64,000 nt of DNA from Ylistrum balloti. Lineage: Eukaryota. Positions 13,201 to 24,560 of the stretch are shown here, in pieces (position 1 is the stretch's first letter; the number at the start of each line of letters is the position of its first letter). Below the pieces are notes generated by a model, which ran no database searches, had not been told where the DNA came from, and worked only from the letters and a program-made list of their open reading frames with translations. The position numbers and the translations under genes were made by a program. The DNA is taken from positions 372,001 through 436,000 of the forward strand of contig NW_026781891.1 of the NCBI RefSeq assembly GCF_031769215.1, in the 5' to 3' direction.

Positions 13201-14434
13201 CTTCAGCAAAATATGAACAAAAGAAAGATTTACAAACGCAGTTGGAGAAAAAGAAAATGTGTTCTGGAAGAGTAAGTATTTCGTTACGTCGACGACATCC
13301 GCTTTGAAAACCTTTGTCAATCAAAGTAAGTAATGTCACACTCTCAAATAAGAACAAGGAATACAACAACGGAACCACCAGGCAACGTAACGAACATCAA
13401 ACACGTCCAGTTTCATAATGCACAAAGAAAAAAAATATTTCTCGATAAAATCAGTATGACGACCGCAAAACTTTCCGATAATTTTATCAACCTGCAGCTT
13501 TTGAAACATGTTCTACGAGTTTGTCCGTCAGTTGAGAATTATTGTACGAAAATCATGATAATGGGAACATTTCCTTGAATATCGAATTATCTGCGCCATG
13601 TAAACAAAATATGTTGGAGAGGCAGGAAGGATACAATTTGGAAATGGAAAATTCACTATAAGAAAATTGAAATCCTCACGTTAATCATACAGCGTGGTGG
13701 GGAGCTGCCCATGTTGGTTGTAGGAAAAGTTCGCGATAAGCGGCTAATTTTGAAGAGTCTTTGGTGTCTTTGATTTCCATTTCTGGTTGATATATACGAC
13801 GGAGATTGTACAAAGACGTCATCAATATAAGAAGTGCTAACAACTATTTGATTTGATGCAATATTATCATTATAACTATTATTCTTTGATATTTGTTAAC
13901 TTTTCCATAAATCATTTATTTGATTTCACCAACAAAGGCACGTCCAAGAGTCCGTTTGAAGGAGCATGGACCTCACTTAATGCGGCTATTAATCCGGAGC
14001 TGGCTGGAGTACGAGATGTCTATTTCTCCGAGTGCAGACCAAAAGAACCGATAACAGCTGCCAAGTAAGTCTGGATTGGTTAAAATTTGCAGTAAAACAT
14101 ATCTGTGCATATACATATGTTCTTAAAGGTCGCTAGGGATAAAAGGACCTCTATTAGTTGCTGTCTTTGTGTTGTTATGGAAACAGTTATAAGAATTAAG
14201 TAACTTTTTTCTGTACCTAATGATAATGTTATACATCTAGTAAAATGAATAAACCAATATAGAATGTAGTCATTCAGAAAAAAAGAAGACTACCGATACG
14301 ATTTCAAAAGATGACTGATGATATAAATATTGTTTGTTCGCAGAAACAAAGCATCCCAGGACGCTCTTTGGGATCACACTCTGGAATGTCTCAAAGACTA
14401 TCTCCCAGAGGACATTCTTAGAGAACTAAAATAA
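7268..14434 (+). CDS. SDR, retinol dehydrogenase-like (RDH11-14/WWOX clade), copy 2; 324 aa, 8 exons
   Basis: Exons 7268-7343, 8178-8263, 8850-9060, 9770-9804, 9994-10194, 12644-12791, 13938-14064 and 14344-14434 total 975 nt, with all introns GT-AG and phases compatible. Motifs: TGGNTGIG, ACRS, ICNAG, VNYLSQFLL, VSS, YCRSK and LHPG. Confidence 0.93.
7974..8015 (-). repeat. C-tract cluster (G-quadruplex-capable on the - strand) in intron 1 of SDR copy 2
   Basis: CCCCCAATCCCCCCATCCCCACCCCCATCCCCACCACTACCC has at least five runs of 4 or more C and is absent from the alignable intron of copy 4 (~36240-36270). Confidence 0.6.
10640..11004. mobile_element. Foldback/MITE-like element with ACGATAATTATCGT subterminal repeats, in intron 5 of SDR copy 2
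   Basis: 10720-10748 and 10933-10961 are inverted repeats (27/29 match). There are multiple TTATCGTTTTTTCGCC / GGCGAAAAGACGATAA units. The element is absent from the paralogous intron of copy 4. Exact ends were not resolved. Confidence 0.7.
11215..12614 (+). mobile_element. Tc1-family DNA transposon (DD34E), decayed, 1400 bp, in intron 5 of SDR copy 2
   Basis: It has imperfect 21-bp TIRs (16/21) and TA on both sides (11213-14, 12615-16). Transposase fragments from ATG 11499: DRPRSGRPRVT, FSDESRF, VTVWGGIS, LQD...PYSPDLSPIEH, with 34 residues between the second D and E once a 1-nt deletion is allowed. Stops and frameshifts are present. Copy 4 has the empty site (GAACTTTAAATG-TA-TTTATGAAG, ~39332-39354). 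Confidence 0.92.
13245..13835 (-). mobile_element. Penelope-like retroelement fragment (RT catalytic motif, thumb and 3' tail), decayed, in intron 6 of SDR copy 2
   Basis: Minus-strand translation gives YIDDV (13815-13829), IYQPEMEIKDT, GQLPTTLYD*REDFNFLIVNFPF, YFVYMAQIIRYSR and KFCGRH. These match the motif order I recall for invertebrate Penelope-like RTs. The segment is absent from intron 6 of copy 4. Confidence 0.85.
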
Positions 14435-15462
14435 TATCTCTTAAAGGAGAAAACCTGAAGGACGATATCAATCAGAAGAAAAAGTCTGTCGTGATCTGAA
14501 AAAAAGAAAATGAGTTTGCTAGGTTTAGCATTATGACTACATAATATATATCATAAACGTATGTTATAATCAGAGATGCCGATTGAATTCATTATAACCT
14601 AGTGTCGTGAAAAAAAATTTCGAGAACTACTCATGCCATGGGATTCATATATTCAAATATTATGACTTTACTAGTTTAACACTGGTGCTAATTGTTAACT
14701 TTATCATAATGTCTTTTATGTATACAATGTACAATCATTTTGTTCTATTCATGGACTGTTTAAAACTGACAAAAGATCTGAGGTAATGATATGCTATTTA
14801 TAGTCTTTTTCATATTACAACAGCAACAGTAAACATGCAGATTATATATCTATATAAATGTATAACACGACGATCTGTACATATTATATTGTGTGATTTC
14901 ATTATATAGAGTAAATGTAAGTTAAAAATACCTTTTATTAAAATTGACGTATCTATTTTGTTGATACATTATTAATTCTATGGAACAGGAAAAAATAACC
15001 TAAATGAATTTCACCAATTTGCATCTCTAGTAACGCTGTTTTAAATCCATTCCTCAGTAAACCGAAATACATGCCTTCGACTCTTGGCCATTATTACTTA
15101 ATTTACTTAATTTGATGGAAACTATAGTGTACTGTTTACATCAACATATTATATCAATGAACGTAGAGAGGGTAATTCTGGCGAATTCATCAATATGCTA
15201 TCTCATTGTGCCCATTTTTTGTAGTTCACATGAAATACAAAAAAGGAGCATATTATGTGTATTGATATGGTACTTCACAGACCATCTCAGGAATTATCAC
15301 GCCACACTTAGTTCATATGTAGTACATACTTGTAACAAATAAATAAAAAAAAACCCAGAAATATATGTTTTTTACCCAAGAATCGTATTGTTGATTTTTA
15401 TTTATCAATCATGTAAAAAGTCACTAAAAGTCACTATAACACATATGGCAAGAATTATAATG

Positions 15463-16341
15463 CAGCTGTGGTAGCGCACAATGCACCAAAACCATCGTGC
15501 ACAAACAGGTCTAAACCGTATCGTGTGCACAACTGCGCTATAGGATCGCACATTTTGTGCGGTTGGGTAAATATGGTTGGCTTATATTACGGATTGAAAA
15601 TTAAACGGAAGTTATTACTAAATAGCGATCGCATGAACATTAAAATTGATCGGTGATTATAAAAATAATTTTCAATTCGACAGTTTTCGAAATAACACTG
15701 GACATGCATTAATTAGTCGTATCGTGTGTAGTTTCACGCCTCAGATCATGGCCAGTAGTGATGCACCAGGCAACAAAAGTTTACCTGCATACGGTTGTTT
15801 ACGTGACAGACGAGATCCGTCCCGGCTGGATTTATCTCTGTATATATTTGTTGTTTATAAAATGAATGAAAAAAAAAATGAGAATAACGTAGAAGTAATG
15901 AAGATAACATTTCCTTGCTGACGGTATTATATTTTAAATTATTCATTGCTGTGACATAAAGAGATGTCCATTTAACGTTTATATATATAACGTGTGTCCG
16001 TACACTAAAGCTGACCACGCGTGGCACTTTGTACACAAAATACTTAAACTTACGAGTGTAGCTAACTATTCAGCGTGTATCTGATATATCTACAAGTGCC
16101 CTACCTATATATTAATGGCTTAATTAGGAAATATACTTAGCTGTACTCTAATATATTTAGAAAATAAATAAACCCTATCTCATACCTATTCATAAGTCAT
16201 TTCTACATTAATATCAACCACGATTGAATCGCACATCTGTGCGATAGAACCACACAAATGTGCGAAAGCTTATTTTGTCCAGTTTTTCTGTTGTGCATAC
16301 ATCGTGCAGACATCGTGTAACGCTGTGCTATCCCACAACTG
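15463..16341. mobile_element. Possible non-autonomous DNA transposon derivative with degenerate inverted ends
   Basis: The left end CAGCTGTGGTAGCGCAC and internal TCGCACATTTTGTGCGGTT have imperfect inverted counterparts at 16200-16341. A 27/31 inverted match to the left end also occurs at 20257-20287, which indicates a dispersed family. Confidence 0.4.
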
Positions 16342-18529
16342 TACAAAGGCTCTAAGTATATATAATATGTGATTTACCTAGGCACATCATGGAGATTCTA
16401 ATTATACAGTTTAAAGGTAAAGACATCAGAATGAAGGTACACATATAGATAACCCATATAGGTAGCATCATTTTGATACACAAGGGATTTTGTTTTAAAG
16501 TAGTTCTACATCCTTCTACAAGTCCTAGAAAATTTACTGTTAAACAGTGCGAATACAGTGTTCCTGTAAGCCTTCTTGTGATAAGATGGAACTGATATCG
16601 AATCTATAGTGAACGGCTGAAATAGAGTTTTTTTCCAGTTTACTTGAAGTGCCGCTGCTTCTTATAACTGGTAGTGTGGTTCGTTTGAATATGATCATGT
16701 GATAAATGTGTTATATCTACGTAGTTTGATTTTGAATTGTCCAGGAATAATTCCACCAATTTGTTTGTCCGAACTGAGCACAGAAAAAAAAAATTAATGT
16801 CGAGAATATTTTTTTAAAATCCAGAAATTTGCACTTTAATCAGGAACTGTTACTTTAAAAACTCTGGTATCTTTAGACAAGGGTACAGAACCAAAGGCCT
16901 TCCTTAGAGAGGCAAATACTCTACTTTAGGCTAGAAGTATGGCAGTGCCACATGAATAATTAAAAAGAAGAAGAAGAAAAAAACCAATTCTTTAGAAAGA
17001 GAAGAACAAGAACAGACCGTCTTTTACAAATCATGCACTGTATAAAATAGGTAAAATTTTGACGCCTTATCTACAGGACCACTGCAAGCTAGAAACCATG
17101 ATTAGGTCATTTCACACTAAATATTATTTCCCTGGATCATTAATGTAACATAATTCAAAAATTTGAACCAACATTTAAAAGTCCAATTGAACTACTTGTT
17201 AAAAACTCAACAATTCCGGTGTGTCAAAATTTCAAATAGTATTTAAATATAAAGTTTATCTAGTTGAATCAGATCGTGCTGCTTCTTGACACAAGAATAA
17301 AAGAAATACAGTTACATGGCCAATGTCTTACCAATTCCATAATGATTTCTTTTGTGTAATGTTAATGTCCCTACATATTATTTCAAAATATACATATGTT
17401 AGTATTATTACTTTTTTCATGACATTCTGGACAAAATATTGCCGATGACTTGCGTAAATTTGTGGTGGCAAAATCTAGATCTTTGTTTATTTGTTGAACA
17501 TAAATTATTATACATTTTCATTAAAGTCCCTCCATCCTTGTTCATTCCCCAAGCATTCAACACCGAGTTCGACCCCGGAAAAAACAGACAGTACCCAACC
17601 AAAGATGCCATGTCCTTTTTAGAATTGCATAGAACAACCAGGACATATGTCAAACCAGGAACAATGAATTCTTGATATAAGGTTATACCGAGGCAGCTAA
17701 TGGTCACGAGTGATCATTTATGCAAGGTCTTTTTCTGAAAGAGTAGTTTAACTATCAGCTGACTTTTAAGATTTATTTCATAAATACCGAACTTCAAATA
17801 TATTGTCCATGAAGCATCTCTTAACTTATGATTTTTTAGCGACTAAGAGTAATTTAGACTATCTATATATGTTTCATGTTTAGATTTAAACTACTTTGAT
17901 GTGACTTTCTTAATGACACTATAATTTAATGATATTGTGCTCACCTTAGATTTACGAATGCATGTTACAGGACAATATCATTATTAATTATGTAAATATA
18001 TGACGTATTTGGAACATTCGATAAATGCATATCGTCTAAATCGATTATGTTTACTTGAATAAGTATTAGAAGATATGAACAACAATTACCTAAATTATGT
18101 GATGTTTAAACTCAATCTCACGAAGAAAGTGTCTTATTACAATGTTCTTTATAGCTTAGTGTCAGTCGAAACCTAATAGATATTTGAACATATTTTAGAG
18201 AATTGAGCGGATTAATAAATGTGTCTTGACCATTACCTCACGTAGGCTTAAGTAGAATGTGACCAACCAAAGACATTGCATTCAATATACAATGAATATT
18301 TAACGCTTGAAGAGTGTTGATCAAGCGAGCATTTAATTGTTTAACAACAAAGAGTCGAGACGCTAACCTTACTATCCTAAGATGGCCTAGTTCCGTGAAC
18401 TACATTTGCAGTGTCATTTGCAACAATGCATGCTTTAACTATTATCTGCTCCGCCGGATCTAAACTAATGAATAGACGGATTGAATAACACATTTACCTA
18501 GTTGCTATCGTTCTTGTGTTGCCGGTAGC

Positions 18530-18612
18530 ATCACGTGACTAAAGGATATAAATGACATTGACTTTATGCCCGGGTCTTACTTAAGTAAGGGCGGAGAAGA
18601 ATCATCGACGGA
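18530..18612 (+). promoter_or_regulatory. Putative proximal promoter of SDR copy 3 (E-box, TATA, GC-box)
   Basis: ATCACGTGAC (18530-18539), TATAAAT (18547-18553) and GGGCGG (18589-18594) are collinear with the copy 2 upstream region. Confidence 0.5.
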
Positions 18613-21600
18613 ATGGGATCCACTCCCTCCTTCCCTCGGGTGTTCATTCCCAAAGATAACATTTTCGTGGTTACAGGAGGAAATGCAGGTGATTATAAGT
18701 TATGAATCAGCAAATATGCACATACTTCTAAATAAATAACTCTCACTTTGTTATATCATATATAATAGTTTGTTTTTATGAAAATTACCCACATTTGGGA
18801 ATCAGCAAATCTAGAGTAATAACAGCTCTCTAGAATTATCACATTGTTTTTGTTATGCTGGTTATATCCAGTGATGTAATTGATGAAATTGCATACCGTG
18901 TTACGATGATATCTCGCTACTCCAGATGGGATAGCGTCATCATTTTACCTAGCGTAACAATGTCAAAAAATGATCATGCTGATGAAAAGGTTTAATAGCA
19001 ATTCTCAATTTGTTGCTGTTTTAAGCCTCATGCTGATCTGCCCAGCTCTTACACTCGGGTTGGGATATTCCTTTCTACAACAGTCTTATATATAAGACTC
19101 TTTAATCTTATTGTTGTGATTGTTGTAGTTGCTTTCAATAACATCGCCTCCTTTTATTTATGTTCAGGTATCGGCTACCATACTGCTAAATGGCTAGCTA
19201 TGATGGGAGGTACCGTTATCATAGCGTGCAGATCTGAGGAGAGAGCTAACCGGGTAAATATGATTTAAAAAAACAATTCATGTATGTTTTGTATTGTTTA
19301 AAATCAAATTAGCTGATATAAGAAAATCACAAAATTTATTGATTAATTGGTCTATTTATCTTCCTGTCTAGAATAGGACTTTCTTGTCTTTTGTACAAGC
19401 TTCTCTACGAAACACCAAAAACGCATTTGAAAGACAACCATTGTATCAATTTTGAAAGTCAACCATCATATCTATTTTGATAGTCAACCACTGTATCTAT
19501 TTTGCTAGTCAACCACTGTATCCATTTTGATAGTCAACCAATGCATCAATTTTGAAAGTCAACCACTATATCTATTTTGATAGTCAACCACTGTATCTAT
19601 TTTGCTAGTCAACCACTGTATCAATTTTGAAAGTCAACCACTGTATCTATTTTGCTAGTCATCCACTGTATCAATTTTGATAGTCAACCACTGTATCTAT
19701 TTTGAAACTTTATCAGAACGTTTATTTCAAAATATTGATTTAAGTGCATATATGTGCATTTTATACTGATAAGAGGAAAACGCGTCATTGAATACGCCCT
19801 GGCATAGATAATGAATACCGCGTCTTCAACATTCTTGACTCAGGTGTATAACCTGCATAGCATGACATTGAAGGATTAATAGAGCATGAATCTTGATTGT
19901 AACTGTTTAACTTCATGAACCCAGCAAGGTTGTCGTACTCAGATCTGAGGACAAAGTATTTGGTTATAGGATCTTAAGATGAAAGAGAGTTTCCTTAGAC
20001 TTAGGGACAAAGGATGTCTTTCACAAATTTTATTATTCAATTCCTATGACATCCTAGGACGTGGAGTATCTTTTTGAGATTGGAAGGTTTTAGGGCCTCG
20101 AAGTCTATTCTTATGACATATATTTAGTTTTCAGTTTTTTTTTAAAAATTATTGATAAAAAATACTAAGCTCAAATTAAATAAAACTAGTACAGAAATAT
20201 GAACAATAGAAAGATTAACAAGGAGACTCAAGCAAAAGGACAAGGAGAATAGACCAGTTTTTGGTGCATTGTGCGTTATCACAACTGTGTTAAATTCTTG
20301 GTGGATTCGAATCATCATCCGGTCGATTAACTGCACAATTTGTATAATTAGCAGTGTGCAAAATCTACATTGAGTTTTCAGCTTATCGAAGTTCTTTGCT
20401 TAAATTCGTTATATGTTATATATAAGTACCTGATTTTGCAATGATAACGCGTATATTATCTGCTATTTTTTCAACCCAATAATAGGAACATCAAATATAC
20501 AAAGACAATCCTCAGAAATAAAAATATTATCATTATATATATCTTAAATTCAAAATATTACAGATTGTGAAATAATTTCCTGCAAATAAAGAAATTTGAA
20601 ATAACTTATATCTGACAAGAATCAACAGTTCATTGTGAAATTTGGAAATACGTAAATTTTGAAGAGTTGTAAACCTTTTTATATGATATCTTGTTTCAGG
20701 CGATACAGCAGATGAACGAGGAATTCTCAGAAGAAAAACGGAAGAAGACTGACGGAATAGTAGACTACGACCAGCTGAATGTTGAATTCATGACTCTAGA
20801 TTGCAATTCATTCAAATCAGTGATGAGTTTTGTTGAATCTTTCAAATCATCAGGAAGGAAGCTTCACAAGCTTATTTGTAACGCTGGTTTAGGCCTACAA
20901 GATAACTTAGGTAAGTTTCCTTTATACTAAGATTTTGTTACAGAACTTTCATACATCATTTTATAATAATACAAACTATGATGTAGTATAGTACTGTAAA
21001 TCACTTAGTTTTCGGGAATATTTCGTGAGCTTACCCCTTCACACATATTCGCAAATACATGACTTCGCGAATGCTGATCTAGCAATGATTTTAAATTCAC
21101 GAATGATGCAGTCTGCGAGACTCCGATATCGGTAATCGAGTGAAAAAGGATGCAAAGTTATTTTTTGTACAAATAAATGAGAGGTATTTGAATTGCGAAA
21201 ATAAATTCCACTTGAAATATAAGTGATTTACAGTATATACCAAGTGTCTGACATAGTTTTTGACAGCTTGGCATAACTACACATAACGTGTGAGGACCAT
21301 TGAAATATTTCACTGATTACACTCATCTTTACATTATGTATGTTGTATGTGTAGATGTCCATGTGAGATATTATATGAATTGTAAAGCAAGGAAAAAAAC
21401 CTCTTTTTCTTTCTTTCTAATGTATCAATTTCGAATATATAAAAAAATACCAGCAACTTCTATTGTAGTGACAGATTTACATTGATAAAGGAGGATTTGT
21501 GTTATACACATCATGTACCTAAGCCTTACTACAATAAACTAAGATAGCAATCGTTTCTATATGCAATCCATCCTTAGGAAATGCAAGACATATGCATGTA

Positions 21601-24146
21601 ATGGTATATAAATTACAACACTACCAGAATTTAAAGTCACTGGGCGAATCGTACCAAACTCTTACAAAATACGAATTTAGTTTATTTGATAACATACGTT
21701 ACAGTATCCTACTTACGTATTATAAAACAAATTTGCTTTTTTGTAGCATACACAGAGGATGGTCACGAACTGGTCTTTCAGGTAACATATATGAATTATG
21801 TCAAATAAACAAGTAAAACAAGAGGCAAATATACACTGCAATATAATGGTCATATTCTTCTAAATATATAATTTCCCATTGTATGCCAGTTCATCATAAA
21901 CCCTGGTTACAGGGAGGCTGTGGTTTGGTCTTTCTTATATAAAAAATAATTGAACTAATACCAATACTTCGTTTTATTCAAAAGTGATTAAGATGTTGCA
22001 GATGTTCTAACGTACATTTCTTTTTAGGTGAACTATCTGAGCCAGTTCTTGCTTATTTCTCATCTTCTACCGGTGATGAAAGCATCCGGTCCTGATTGCA
22101 GGATAGTACTTGTATCTAGCGATATCCATAGGAATTGTCATGTTGATCCTGAGGATATTGAAGGAAAGAAAGAGCGCAAATATGACACATTTGAATTATA
22201 CTGTAGATCAAAAGCTTACCAGGTAAATGTAGCTTTCAGGCTGTACCATATTTACAGGTTTTGACATTATTTTATCATTATTGTTACGAGTTCTTTTACT
22301 TCAATGACAGTACGTCCACAACTAATTACTGCTAAATACTGGTGTTAAAGTTCTGGCATAAAAGGTTCAGATGTACTGAATCACTTGTGCTTTCCCATAT
22401 TGAAAAAAATACATTGTTATCAAGAACCAGTGTTTGAATTGAGGAATTGCACAAAAGACACACAAATAAACGTCATCCTGAGACATAAAATCATATCAAA
22501 TCGTATAAAAATGTAGAATTCGGAAGAGGCGGTAAGGAATATGGAAATAGGTCACAGGAGTTAAAACATCGACGGGGAGGGATTTCATTCACTGGTCATG
22601 TAGTTTTACTTTTTATTAATATTTTGTTAATGCTTCCTTTGAATTGTTAGTGTGCATCATCACTTTTTTGTTGGATGACACCGATACTTTGTCTCTTTGA
22701 GGTCATGTTGAAAATTGATAAGAATCTTCACTTTTGACATACTCCTTACGAAAATAAAAAGATTAACCTCTAGTTTCAGTTTTAAATACTACAATCTTTC
22801 TTAATAATACAAAAAGTTGCGTCACTGGGATAGGAATCGAGCTTTACGTCTGGTCTACGCTCACGTGACTAGTGTCCAGCGCAAATGCTGAGGTAAAGAC
22901 TTCTACAGAGTTAGTGTACTCAAACGGTTGTTATTTTCGAGGGGATGTAGTTCGATCCCAAATATAGATATCTCAAAGTACTTCAAAATCAAAACAATAA
23001 AAAAAGAAACGAACCTCTCTGAAAGTATGATGAAACGATAAATCTACGTTTAGGTGATGCAGATGTATCGACTGAATGAGATCCTCAAGGACACTAATGT
23101 GACTGTCGCTTCACTGCATCCAGGAATCGTGAGAACAAATATCCTCGGTGGTTTCAGAAGGGGAATGTTAAAAGTTGTATTATCATGTATACAATGCTGT
23201 GGTAAGAATGACATTATCAAAACGGTGTTTTACGAATCTAATAATGATTTAGCAATTTGTTGGAATGAGATCTCACATTATTTATTGATATTTGTGACAC
23301 AATTTGTTTACGGTTTTAAAGTGTTAATCAGTTATACAACGTGGACCGCAGACCGTGCTCTGCAGACAACTTGTGAGAAGATACCAATTGAAAGACTTTT
23401 GTTTTAATCTGTATAGGGGGAATCAAGACGCCATTCGAAGGATCGTGGACTTCCATAAATGCGGCCATTAATCCAGAACTTGCAGGTACACGGGATATAT
23501 ATTACGACAACTCTAAACCAAAGTCTACTTCATCAGCTTCAAGGTAAGATGGATTTTCACTATAGTATACATCACTTATGTCTCGTTCTTTCGCTAAATT
23601 GAGTCTCACATTATGAAATGGTTGTCTTTGTCAACTTTACTTTGGTACCCAGATGTATCGCTCAGAAGACAACTCAGTAGGGAGAAGAAATGTAATCACA
23701 GTACATAGAAACTAATTATTTGGGTCATGATGCGTCAAACTGTGTGCAATCAATAATTTTCATTTTCATAAATTTTAACTTTTCCAATCAAAATATCTTT
23801 TTTTCAAATCTGAATCACCTGATCAGATTATAAAAATAGTCAAGGTTCGTTGCAGCCAGAAATGACGTCATATAGGTAATGTAATATAAGTGAAAAACAA
23901 ATCAAATCGAGAGCATTTTAAGCTCTTTTTTAAAATTAATCAATTACATAATAATGTAAAATAATTGATGAAGAAAGTAGAGTTATATCTCCTAGATATT
24001 CGACAACTGTCAATTTTACACGTGTGTGTTAATGAAAGTGTGCTTTTTCTCTTAGGAACCGATCGTACCAAAGGGCTGTCTGGGATTACTCCACAAATAG
24101 TTTGAAAGAGTACCTCTCAGACGACATCCTCCGGGAGCTAAAGTAG
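18613..24146 (+). CDS. SDR, retinol dehydrogenase-like, copy 3; 322 aa, 8 exons
   Basis: Exons 18613-18688, 19168-19253, 20700-20910, 21747-21781, 22028-22222, 23054-23201, 23417-23543 and 24056-24146 total 969 nt, all GT-AG. Motifs: TGGNAGIG, ACRS, CNAG, VNYLSQF, VSS, YCRSK and HPG. Exon 5 is 2 codons shorter than in copies 2 and 4. Confidence 0.93.
19426..19706. repeat. 25-bp minisatellite, ~11 copies, in intron 2 of SDR copy 3
   Basis: Consensus TTTTGATAGTCAACCACTGTATCTA; period 25, directly contiguous, no spacers. Confidence 0.95.
20992..21235. mobile_element. MITE (TA-flanked, Tc1/mariner-type ends), 244 bp including flanking TA, in intron 3 of SDR copy 3
   Basis: Perfect 16-bp inverted termini TACTGTAAATCACTTA (20992-21007) and TAAGTGATTTACAGTA (21220-21235), with no coding capacity. 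Confidence 0.85.
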
Positions 24147-24419
24147 TGTTGTAAGGATTTGGATTACCGACACATTAATACACAAACGTGAGGGACTTGT
24201 TGGAAATGGAAACGAAGCGATTAGAACGCCATATAACCTGCCTTCATCTATGGTCTTTTGTCTATGATTTCTGAAGTCTTATAACACATCTTTTGTGTTA
24301 CATATTTCTCATTTAAAAACAATAAAACACCAACATATCAGTATAATAGTAATCCGAACTCAAATTAAATAAAACTAAGGCAAAATATGAAAAAAGAATG
24401 ATTTACATGGCGACTCTTG

Positions 24420-24560
24420 AAAAAGCACCACGAGAAAAAGACCATGTGTTCAGGAAGAGTAAGAGTCTTCTGCTTCAATGACTCTTCGATAAATTGAGCC
24501 TCGTATGGAAACAAAAACAAATCAGCGAACAGAGGGACACAATTAGTTGCCATAGTTATG
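24420..24560 (-). mobile_element. Short Penelope-like fragment: RT motif region fused directly to the element's 3' tail
   Basis: MATNCVPLFADLFLFPYEAQFI matches the PLE RT pattern MGTNCAPLLADLFLYSYEAEFI recalled from invertebrate elements. It is followed by CTTACTCTTCCTGAACAC, shared with the tail at ~13260-13280. Confidence 0.75.

Noticed and set aside
17417-17707. 96-aa and 78-aa ORFs in the block shared by the upstream regions of copies 2 and 3
   Set aside because: The paralogous block at ~5040-5650 has stops and frameshifts, and its substitutions do not clearly preserve amino acids. I recognised no family, so I treated it as non-coding.
19426-19706. Regular short repeats (also 50390-50683 and 63624-64000) as possible CRISPR arrays
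   Set aside because: The units are contiguous with no unique spacers, no cas genes are present, and the context is intron-containing eukaryotic DNA; these are minisatellites.
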